From positions 1 through 6,030 of IMG/VR virus record IMGVR_UViG_3300006195_000036: DNA of 6,030 bases; one strand, given 5' to 3'. The stretch is from a virus. The position numbers and the translations under genes were made by a program. Below the pieces are notes generated by a model that searched no databases, had not been told where the DNA came from, and was given only the letters and a program-made list of their open reading frames with translations. Every line of letters begins with the position of its first letter. Within the stretch, counting starts at the first letter, position 1. Of this stretch, positions 1 to 5,292 are shown in pieces.

Positions 1-100
1 CGGCTTCACGTGAACCGATGCCGACTTGTAGAGCGAGAACGCCGCCTTCGGCAACTTGTAGCGCTTTTTGATCGGCGCGGTTTTCCAGGCGTTGCCCATC
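1..100. repeat. Terminal direct duplication, copy 1 (identical to 5931-6030); circular closure overlap
   Basis: Base-by-base comparison of the first 100 nt with the last 100 nt shows an exact match. The repeat lies inside the Zot coding sequence. Confidence 0.95.
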
Positions 101-507
101 GAGCACTCGGGCCACTCGTACCACCAGCGGCCGAGAAAGCCGATGTCGCGAATGTGCACGTGCCGGCCGACCAAGTCGCGCACGTTGCTATGGACGAGCT
201 TCGGACCCTGCGTGATGATGTAGAAGTCGATACCGCGGTGACGGTGCGTCTCAAGCGCTGCAATGTCATCGGGCACCTTCTGCCCCGGACCCATCGGACG
301 CCAGCGACGTTGCACCTCGTCGACCACGACGACGGCACCGTCCGGCACTTCCTCGTGCCACTTCCGCACGTCGATCGGCGTGTGCTCGAGCACAAGGCCG
401 TTGAGCCCGTCGACGAACAATGGCCGATCGCCGCTCAGCTTGCGAAGGAAGTCGACCGCCGCAGCGGTCTTGCCGTTGCCCGGCTGGCCAGTAAAAAGCG
501 TGATCAT
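1..507 (-). CDS. Zot/pI-like assembly NTPase, N-terminal P-loop domain (aa 1-169). It continues across the circular junction into 5930-5484, giving 317 aa in total.
   Basis: This part is missed by the ORF track because it runs off the window edge. My manual translation from ATG 507-505 is MITLFTGQPGNGKTAAAVDFLRKL...AVVVVDEVQRRW...ETHRHRGIDFYIITQGP...ECSMGNAWKT. Walker A GQPGNGKT lies at 466-489, followed by Walker B VVVVDE and the Zot-family HRHxGxD..ITQ motif. The frame is continuous with ORF 5484..6029 (507-99 = 408 nt, a multiple of 3). The start forms an ATGA overlap with the stop of the upstream pVI-like gene. Confidence 0.9.
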   Translation of the reverse strand, partial: MITLFTGQPGNGKTAAAVDFLRKLSGDRPLFVDGLNGLVLEHTPIDVRKWHEEVPDGAVVVVDEVQRRWRPMGPGQKVPDDIAALETHRHRGIDFYIITQGPKLVHSNVRDLVGRHVHIRDIGFLGRWWYEWPECSMGNAWKTAPIKKRYKLPKAAFSLYKSASVHVKP

Positions 508-782
508 GACGTGCGCAACGCCAGGTGCTTCATCGTCATCCAGGCCAGCCCCGACACAATGCCGCCACTCGTGATCGCCATGTAGTCGAAAAAGCCCGCC
601 ATCGCGAACAGGTTCGCGATCGTCGGCCCCAGGCCGGTGAATGCATTCTTCGCTGCGTCAAGCGCGGCCCCGATCGCCGAGTCAGCGCCGGTGTACGTCA
701 CGTAGCCGAAGCCGAGCGATGTCAGCACGCGCGAGACCAGCGGCCATGAGATGTTCGACAGCCACGCGCCTAAGGTGTCCAT
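504..782 (-). CDS. pVI-like small hydrophobic minor coat/assembly protein (92 aa)
   Basis: ATG at 782-780 (MDTLGAWLSNISWPLV...) has GGAAGGG 6 nt upstream. The protein is hydrophobic and Gly/Ala-rich and sits between the adsorption protein and Zot, as gVI does in Ff. The stop overlaps the Zot start (ATGA). The track ORF 504..833 was trimmed to this start. Confidence 0.7.
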   Translation of the reverse strand: MDTLGAWLSNISWPLVSRVLTSLGFGYVTYTGADSAIGAALDAAKNAFTGLGPTIANLFAMAGFFDYMAITSGGIVSGLAWMTMKHLALRTS

Positions 783-2050
783 CAGTTGCCCTTCCGTGAG
801 AGGCCCAAAAAGCCGATTGCTGCACTGACCCAAGCGAGCGCGAGCACCACGGGCCGAATACCCGTGGCCATGTCGCAGAACGGCTGCCAGCTAAAGCTGT
901 AGGTGTGCCCCAGAAGGTTCGCCGTCTGCGGCGCCGGGCAAGTGCCGTTGCTCGGCCCATACCCGCTGCTCGGCGTGATCGCGAGGGGGACCACCGTCGC
1001 CTGCAACGGCTGCGTCTCGACGGTGCCCGGTTTCATGCAGCCGACCGTGTCGGGGTCTTGCTCACACGGACTGCCTTCACCGCCACCCGAGCCCGAGCCC
1101 GTGCCACCCGAGCCGCCGCTACCGCACAGCTTGCTGCCCGGGTTCTTCGAACAAAACTCCGACTGCGTCTGCGATGTCGACCCCGTCGTGGTCGCCGTCC
1201 CGCTACTCGTGCCGCCCGTCGTCGTCGTGGTCGTTGTCGTCGTTGTCGTGCAGATGCCCTCGTTGCACGTCGTCGTCCCGCTCGTCGTCGACCCCGAGGA
1301 CGATGCCGGCCCCGAGCCCGTCGTCGTGCCGCTCGCCGCCCCAGACGGTGCCGGCGCGCTCGCAGGCCCAGAGCACGGCACCACCACCGACAGACCGTTA
1401 ACCTGACCGGGACACTGCCCCGGCGGCAGCGGCTCTGGCGGACTGCTCACCGGAGCCGGATCAGCGCCCCCACTCCCTGCGCCCGTACACGACCCACCAG
1501 CCGACGTCATCGGGCCCCACACGAACGACCCGTTCGAGTCCTTGACCGCCAACGTCCCGTCGTAGACGCAAAGTCCGATGCAGACCCTGTAGTCGCTCGC
1601 GCCGTTCAAGACCTTGTAATACGCGCTCGCGCTACCCGGCATCACTACGCCCTTGGCGGGACAAGCAGGCGGCGTGCAAACGCCGCCAACATCCGTCTTG
1701 GGCGCCGGGCAGGTCGTCACCGTCTTGTAGCAACCGTACGTTGCGTGCTGGAGCCATCCCGGCGCCCCCGAGCAGTCCTCACTGACGCTGTTGACATACG
1801 ACGGCGCCGCCGTCCCGGTGTGCCCCATGCACTGAGCGCTCCGCGTCGGCATTACCCCCGCCATGTTCTGGTAGTAGTCGTAGACCCGCCCTGTCGCCGT
1901 CTCCACCAATCCGCGACACGCCTGATCGACCGTGTCGTAACGCGCCGCCGTCGCGAAGTTCCACCACGTCGAATGCGTATCGACCAACGCCCACGCCGAC
2001 GACGCCCAGAGCATTGCCAAGACCGCCACCGCCCTGCGCAGCAGCTGCAT
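782..2050 (-). CDS. pIII-like minor coat/adsorption protein (422 aa)
   Basis: ATG at 2050-2048 is preceded by GAAGGAG plus 5 nt. The signal peptide is MQLLRRAVAVLAMLWASSAWA|LVD. Cys-rich N-terminal domains are separated by Gly/Ser/Thr/Pro-rich linkers, including an 11-Thr run and GSGGSGGTGSGSGGGEGS. The C-terminal membrane anchor is RPVVLALAWVSAAIGFLGLSRKGN. The upstream part of track ORF 782..2107 begins at a TTG and was trimmed. Confidence 0.8.
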   Translation of the reverse strand: MQLLRRAVAVLAMLWASSAWALVDTHSTWWNFATAARYDTVDQACRGLVETATGRVYDYYQNMAGVMPTRSAQCMGHTGTAAPSYVNSVSEDCSGAPGWLQHATYGCYKTVTTCPAPKTDVGGVCTPPACPAKGVVMPGSASAYYKVLNGASDYRVCIGLCVYDGTLAVKDSNGSFVWGPMTSAGGSCTGAGSGGADPAPVSSPPEPLPPGQCPGQVNGLSVVVPCSGPASAPAPSGAASGTTTGSGPASSSGSTTSGTTTCNEGICTTTTTTTTTTTGGTSSGTATTTGSTSQTQSEFCSKNPGSKLCGSGGSGGTGSGSGGGEGSPCEQDPDTVGCMKPGTVETQPLQATVVPLAITPSSGYGPSNGTCPAPQTANLLGHTYSFSWQPFCDMATGIRPVVLALAWVSAAIGFLGLSRKGN

Positions 2051-2124
2051 CACCACTCCTTCACGATGACCCACACGCACAGCGCGAAGGCGAGAAGGAC
2101 GGCCCAAAACTCAGGCGTTGCCAT
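2050..2124 (-). CDS. Putative 24-aa hydrophobic peptide, candidate pVII/pIX-like virion tip or assembly protein
   Basis: Manual translation from ATG 2124-2122 gives MATPEFWAVLLAFALCVWVIVKEW*. The TGA stop (2052-2050) shares its A with the pIII ATG (TGATG). The start overlaps the last codons of the 109-aa ORF, and GAGGGGG lies 10 nt upstream. It is below the ORF-track length cutoff, and the short length keeps confidence moderate. Confidence 0.45.
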   Translation of the reverse strand: MATPEFWAVLLAFALCVWVIVKEW

Positions 2125-2440
2125 GATCGCGAAGCCCCCTCGTTACGAACATCAGCGCGTACACCGCTAGCACGGCGGCGGCGATGCCCCACCCCATCAC
2201 CACCGCGTCTTCCGCGCCCATCAGCACACACGGTTGCGGAGTCGCCGCAAACGTCTGTGTTGAAGCCGTGCCCCCAAGCGGCGTGTAGCTGTAGGTGATC
2301 GTCGTCGCGGTCACTCCCGCGACATCGACAACGACCACGGAGCCGCCATGTTCCAAGTTAGCCCCGACGAGCGCAGACGCTGCCGCAGCGTTAGCAGCTT
2401 CGGCCGTGTCGTAGCACGCAGTGCCAACTTGGAATGCCAT
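2111..2440 (-). CDS. 109-aa protein with a C-terminal transmembrane segment paralogous to the major coat protein; putative minor coat protein
   Basis: ATG at 2440-2438 (MAFQVGTACYD...) has AAGGG 6 nt upstream and overlaps the pVIII stop (TGATG). The C-terminus AEDAVVMGWGIAAAVLAVYALMFVTRGLR aligns with pVIII ADALTVAGIVLAAIVAVYAFKFIRKGL. The long Arg-rich N-terminal extension of track ORF 2111..2764 overlaps pVIII out of frame and was rejected. Confidence 0.65.
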   Translation of the reverse strand: MAFQVGTACYDTAEAANAAAASALVGANLEHGGSVVVVDVAGVTATTITYSYTPLGGTASTQTFAATPQPCVLMGAEDAVVMGWGIAAAVLAVYALMFVTRGLRDHGNA

Positions 2441-2625
2441 CACAGACCCTTGCGGATGAACTTGAAGGCGTAGACCGCGACGATCGCGGCGAGGACGATG
2501 CCGGCGACGGTCAGAGCGTCGGCCTGCAGGTCGGTCAGGGCCGTCGACACGGCAGCGGGAACCGCGGCCATTGCGTAGCCGCCGAGCGAGGTGAGCGGCA
2601 CCAGGACCGCGAGCTTCTTGAACAT
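2440..2625 (-). CDS. Major coat protein, pVIII-type (61-aa precursor, about 41-aa mature)
   Basis: ATG at 2625-2623 is preceded by CAGGAG plus 6 nt. The signal peptide is MFKKLAVLVPLTSLGGYAMA and the mature protein is AVPAAVSTALTDLQADALTVAGIVLAAIVAVYAFKFIRKGL. This shows the classic acidic N-terminus, hydrophobic core and basic C-terminus layout. Confidence 0.85.
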   Translation of the reverse strand: MFKKLAVLVPLTSLGGYAMAAVPAAVSTALTDLQADALTVAGIVLAAIVAVYAFKFIRKGL

Positions 2626-2646
2626 GTGGAACTCCTGAAGGTAAGC

Positions 2647-2683
2647 GCTGCGAAATTGCAGCCCCGAGCCCTGCGCGCAGGGC
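2647..2683. promoter_or_regulatory. Two adjacent inverted repeats just upstream of the major coat gene
   Basis: GCTGC-GAAATT-GCAGC lies at 2647-2662 and the perfect 16-bp palindrome GCCCTGCGCGCAGGGC at 2668-2683. Both sit in the only sizeable gap (72 nt) inside the structural operon. The function is unknown; it could be an RNA stability or processing element, an attenuator, or a protein-binding site. Confidence 0.4.
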
Positions 2684-2697
2684 AAGGAGCTGGAATC

Positions 2698-2946
2698 TCA
2701 CAGCACGTAGGGCCTCACCCGCACCACGAAGCCGCGAGCGCGCAAAACGTCCGCGCTGCGACACGCAAGTTGGGAGTTCTCGAAGGGCTTACCCTCCGCC
2801 GTCCAGACGTCGACCCACTGGCCGTTGTCACGCTTGGCCCGCCCGACGCGCCGCTCGACCACATGCACGATCGGCAAGTGCGGGAGAAGGAAGCCAGCGC
2901 CCGACTGGCCTTCACGGTTATGGGCGTTGTTATGCGCAGCGCGCAT
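2698..2946 (-). CDS. Hypothetical 82-aa soluble protein
   Basis: ATG at 2946-2944 lies 1 nt after the ssb stop, with GAAGG 6 nt upstream. Third codon positions are strongly G/C-biased, like the neighbouring genes. There is no TM segment and I recognise no motif. Confidence 0.6.
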   Translation of the reverse strand: MRAAHNNAHNREGQSGAGFLLPHLPIVHVVERRVGRAKRDNGQWVDVWTAEGKPFENSQLACRSADVLRARGFVVRVRPYVL

Positions 2947-2947
2947 G

Positions 2948-3232
2948 TCAAGCCTTCGGGGCTTTGGCGGGCACGAAGGCGACGAGGTCGGTCAGTACCG
3001 CCTCGATCTGCCGAGATGCTGGGTTCGCTCGCATAGCGAACGTCCCACGATAGACGCCGACCTGGGCTTTCTTGATCAGGTCGTCGCCCTTGATCTTCAG
3101 CACGCCGACTTGATCGACCTCGCCCGCATCCGTCAGGAGCAGGCATTCGGCGCTGTGAGAGAAGCCGCTCCGGCCCTCCATGGTCCAGGCCTTGGGTTCG
3201 TTCAGCTTGAGGATTTGGATGATCGATTGCAT
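2948..3232 (-). CDS. gV-like single-stranded DNA-binding protein (94 aa)
   Basis: ATG at 3232 has GGAG 7 nt upstream. The size, the position after the replication module, and by-eye similarity to Ff gene V protein all fit: ECLLLTDAG vs QLCYVDLG, GVYRGTF vs GLYTVHL, and C-terminal LVAFVPAK vs LRLVPAK. Confidence 0.75.
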   Translation of the reverse strand: MQSIIQILKLNEPKAWTMEGRSGFSHSAECLLLTDAGEVDQVGVLKIKGDDLIKKAQVGVYRGTFAMRANPASRQIEAVLTDLVAFVPAKAPKA

Positions 3233-3277
3233 GGGTGACTCCGGTTAGTCAGGCGGGCGAGTGCCCTGTTGCCGGCA

Positions 3278-3325
3278 TTACGTGATGTAACGCCTTACAC
3301 GACGTTATCCCATTACACCGCGTAA
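3278..3325. promoter_or_regulatory. Operator array of three TTAC-N5-GTAA palindromes in the divergent ssb/regulator control region
   Basis: The sites are caTTACGTGATGTAAcg (3278-3290), ccTTACACGACGTTAtc (3295-3307, one mismatch) and caTTACACCGCGTAAcg (3313-3325). Centre-to-centre spacing is 17-18 bp. A weaker TTACGCCGTGTCA lies at 3344-3356. I did not see this palindrome anywhere else in the window. Confidence 0.6.
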
Positions 3326-3374
3326 CGCAACACCGGAGTACCCTTACGCCGTGTCAATCGCCACAGAACCCGCC

Positions 3375-3725
3375 ATGAACGCCTCAGTGACCCTCATCGA
3401 CCGCGCCACACAAGCCGAAAAGAGCAACTCACAGGCGCTCTCTACCGCCCTTGGAATGAGCGAAAGCGCGCTCGCCGTCTCCAAGCACCGAGGCCACATC
3501 AGCCCCGAAGTCGCCGCGAAACTCGCCGACCGCCTAGGGCTCGACCCCGCGCTATGGGCGGGCATCGCCGCGCTTGAAGCCATCAAGCAGCCCGACGCCA
3601 AGACAAAGACCCTCCTACAGCGCCTGCGAGAGAGGGCGCGCAACTCATGGCTTGCGATCACTGGACGACCCGGCGCCGCGCGGCCCTCTCAGCGTGCTCC
3701 CCGGGCCCGCCATCGCACCGCCTGA
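3375..3725 (+). CDS. Xre/cI-like helix-turn-helix transcriptional regulator (putative phage repressor/immunity protein), 116 aa
   Basis: This is the only convincing plus-strand gene. The HTH pattern is SQALSTALGMSESALAVSKHRGHISPEVAAKLADRLGLD. The start is uncertain: ATG 3375 has no SD, and GTG 3351 has GGAG 12 nt upstream. The Arg/Pro-rich C-terminal tail overlaps the recombinase 3' end. Confidence 0.7.
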   Translation: MNASVTLIDRATQAEKSNSQALSTALGMSESALAVSKHRGHISPEVAAKLADRLGLDPALWAGIAALEAIKQPDAKTKTLLQRLRERARNSWLAITGRPGAARPSQRAPRARHRTA

Positions 3726-4263
3726 CGCCCACTGCAGCACGCCGCGCCGTCGCATGTGCCACCCCCAGCCGCCGACCAATCCGCTTCCAGCCTAGACCCT
3801 CTGCGCGCAGCGCCAGAACCGCCGCCCGATCCACAGTCGGCTCCTTCCCGAAACGCACCCCCCGCTCCATCGCCTCCGCCCGCCCCGCAGCACATGCCTG
3901 CAGGATCATCGACCGATTCAACTGCGCGACAGCCCCAAGCACCTGCAGCAAGAACTCGCCCATCGCGTCGCTAGTATCGATAGGCTCAGTCAAAGACCGA
4001 AACGAAGCTCCAACCGCGACGACACGCTCCAAGATGGCGAGCAGATCGCGAAGACTCCGCGCCAGTCGGTCGACCTTGTAGACCACCAGCTCATCGCCCG
4101 CCTTGAGCTGCCCCAGGACCCACGCAAGTACCGGCCGATTCGACCCTTGCCGCCCGCTCCGCTTCTCCTCAAAAACCCTCCTCACGCCAGCACGCCTAAA
4201 CGCCGCCGTTTGCATCGCCGTGTCCTGTTGCACCGTAGACACCCTCGCATATCCGTACTTCAT
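3658..4263 (-). CDS. Small serine recombinase (resolvase/invertase family, 201 aa); putative integrase
   Basis: The N-terminus MKYGYARVSTVQQD carries the catalytic Ser motif YxRVST. It also has VYKVDRLARS (the DRLxR motif), helix-E-like DAMGEFLLQVLGAVAQLNR, and a C-terminal HTH GWKRIGRRLGVAHATARRA. The SD is weak (ACGGA). Confidence 0.85.
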   Translation of the reverse strand: MKYGYARVSTVQQDTAMQTAAFRRAGVRRVFEEKRSGRQGSNRPVLAWVLGQLKAGDELVVYKVDRLARSLRDLLAILERVVAVGASFRSLTEPIDTSDAMGEFLLQVLGAVAQLNRSMILQACAAGRAEAMERGVRFGKEPTVDRAAVLALRAEGLGWKRIGRRLGVAHATARRAAVGVRRCDGGPGEHAERAARRRVVQ

Positions 4264-4340
4264 TGGGTCCGTTCGTTGTTGTGGAACTCTTCACTACGCG
4301 CCGCACGCGCCCAACCCGACACCCGCGAACCGCCCTCGTG

Positions 4341-5213
4341 TCAAACCTCACACACCCTAAGCCGCCGAGGCGACTCAGGCTCGGTCGATATGTAGAACGT
4401 GTCCCCGAACCGCGAGAGCCACGTGAACGTGTCTCGCAGCCCGACGCACACGTCGGCGTAGACAAGATCCACCAGCTCGGCGAGCGTGGCTCCCGTGAAC
4501 TCAAGCCGCTGCGGCTGTGGCAACGCAACGGCTGCACTGCCGCTGTATCGATTCGACCAGTCCTCGCCTTGCTCGAACGCCTTGAGCATGTACTTCGATA
4601 GGTAGGCCGCGAGACGCCCCGGGCTGTAGCGCTTCCACGGCTTCTCTTTCCCGATATTGGCCGTGCCCCCCAGCTCACCGACCACGCTGCGCCAGATGGC
4701 TCGCACAAGGTCATAGCTCTTCACCCGTATGCCCTTGACGATGAACGACGGATCGATGCGGCGAACTGCCATGTGAACGTGCCACGCGCCCCGGCCCTGA
4801 GGCTCGAACGCAGCGACATAGCGCCACTCTGGGATCACACGTTTGATGCGGCGAACGAACTCCTTCATATGCCGCTTGCACAGCGCGAGATCGCGCTGGT
4901 TAGCCCGATAGGTCAGAGTCACCATGCAATCGAGCCCCAGGGCCTTGCAAAGCCGCCTGACGCGGGTCTTTGCGCGTCGCGCTGATCGCTTCCGATTCGC
5001 CTCGCGCTTTTCATCCTCGTTTGGGTCTTCACGTTCACCGCGTAGCACCTGAGCCGCGATGCTGTCCGAGTCGAGCAATCCCGCATCAACCCACTCAATC
5101 GGCCGCTGGATGCACGCTTCGCGATGACCGTGGCCCAGGTCATGGACCGTCATCCGGAAACGCGTGGTGCTGGGCTTACCTTCGAAGAGCTGACCGTCTA
5201 TGATCCGAAACAC
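4341..5213 (-). CDS. HUH-superfamily rolling-circle replication initiation protein (290 aa)
   Basis: The GTG start at 5213-5211 has GGGAG 5-6 nt upstream. Motif 1 is MVTLTY, motif 2 is AWHVHMAV (HUH, H145/H147) and motif 3 is AAYLSKYMLK (Y204/Y208, a two-tyrosine YxxKY arrangement). Confidence 0.85.
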   Translation of the reverse strand: MFRIIDGQLFEGKPSTTRFRMTVHDLGHGHREACIQRPIEWVDAGLLDSDSIAAQVLRGEREDPNEDEKREANRKRSARRAKTRVRRLCKALGLDCMVTLTYRANQRDLALCKRHMKEFVRRIKRVIPEWRYVAAFEPQGRGAWHVHMAVRRIDPSFIVKGIRVKSYDLVRAIWRSVVGELGGTANIGKEKPWKRYSPGRLAAYLSKYMLKAFEQGEDWSNRYSGSAAVALPQPQRLEFTGATLAELVDLVYADVCVGLRDTFTWLSRFGDTFYISTEPESPRRLRVCEV

Positions 5214-5242
5214 TGAGGCTCCCGGTATGAGTCTTAGTCACC

Positions 5243-5285
5243 GCCCCGGCCACTGCGTCAACAGTGAGTGCCGGGGCTTTCTTTT
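5243..5285 (+). terminator. Intrinsic-terminator-like hairpin plus T-tract, oriented on the plus strand
   Basis: The stem is GCCCCGGC-CACTG / CAGTG-(AGT bulge)-GCCGGGGC with loop CGTCAA (5243-5277), followed by TTTCTTTT (5278-5285). It lies immediately upstream of rep in minus-strand sense. It could equally be an origin or promoter-associated structure. Confidence 0.45.
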
Positions 5286-5292
5286 GGGGACG

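Noticed and set aside
1-100. The 100-bp terminal repeats as LTR-like, transposon or attL/attR repeats
   Set aside because: The repeats are direct and lie inside the Zot coding sequence. Removing one copy restores a single intact gene, which is the signature of a circular molecule written with an overlap, not of element boundaries.
905-2170. The 421-aa plus-strand ORF and other long plus-strand ORFs (10..585, 263..574, 903..1406, 2434..3036, 2825..3238, 3647..4081, 4103..4395, 4263..4601)
   Set aside because: They lie antisense to well-supported minus-strand genes. They are extremely Arg/Pro/Ala-rich, as expected for stop-free antisense frames in GC-rich DNA. They have no SD, no motifs and no coupled starts.
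2111-2764. Long N-terminal extensions in the ORF track (2111..2764, 2440..2685, 782..2107, 504..833), plus minus-strand ORFs 682..960, 2715..3146, 3689..3895, 3990..4172, 4196..4714, 4919..5143 and 6..395
   Set aside because: The extensions overlap upstream genes out of frame and lack SD boxes, and some begin at non-ATG codons (for example TTG at 2107). Internal ATGs with AAGG/GGAG boxes and stop/start coupling give compact, non-overlapping genes. The other ORFs are alternative frames inside the real genes.
2791-2800. Partial matches to the phiRSM attP/tRNA-Ser 3'-end core as I recall it (ACCCTCTCCGCCA): ACCCTCCGCC here and TGGCGGA at 1436-1442
   Set aside because: The matches are incomplete, lie within coding regions and are far from the recombinase. 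My recollection of the core sequence is also unverified.
2930-2940. dif-like XerC-arm match (minus strand GCTGCGCATAA), a possible XerCD attP
   Set aside because: Only one arm matches. The adjacent sequence does not resemble a central region plus XerD arm (TTATGTTAAAT). It lies inside the first codons of the 82-aa gene, and the phage has its own serine recombinase.
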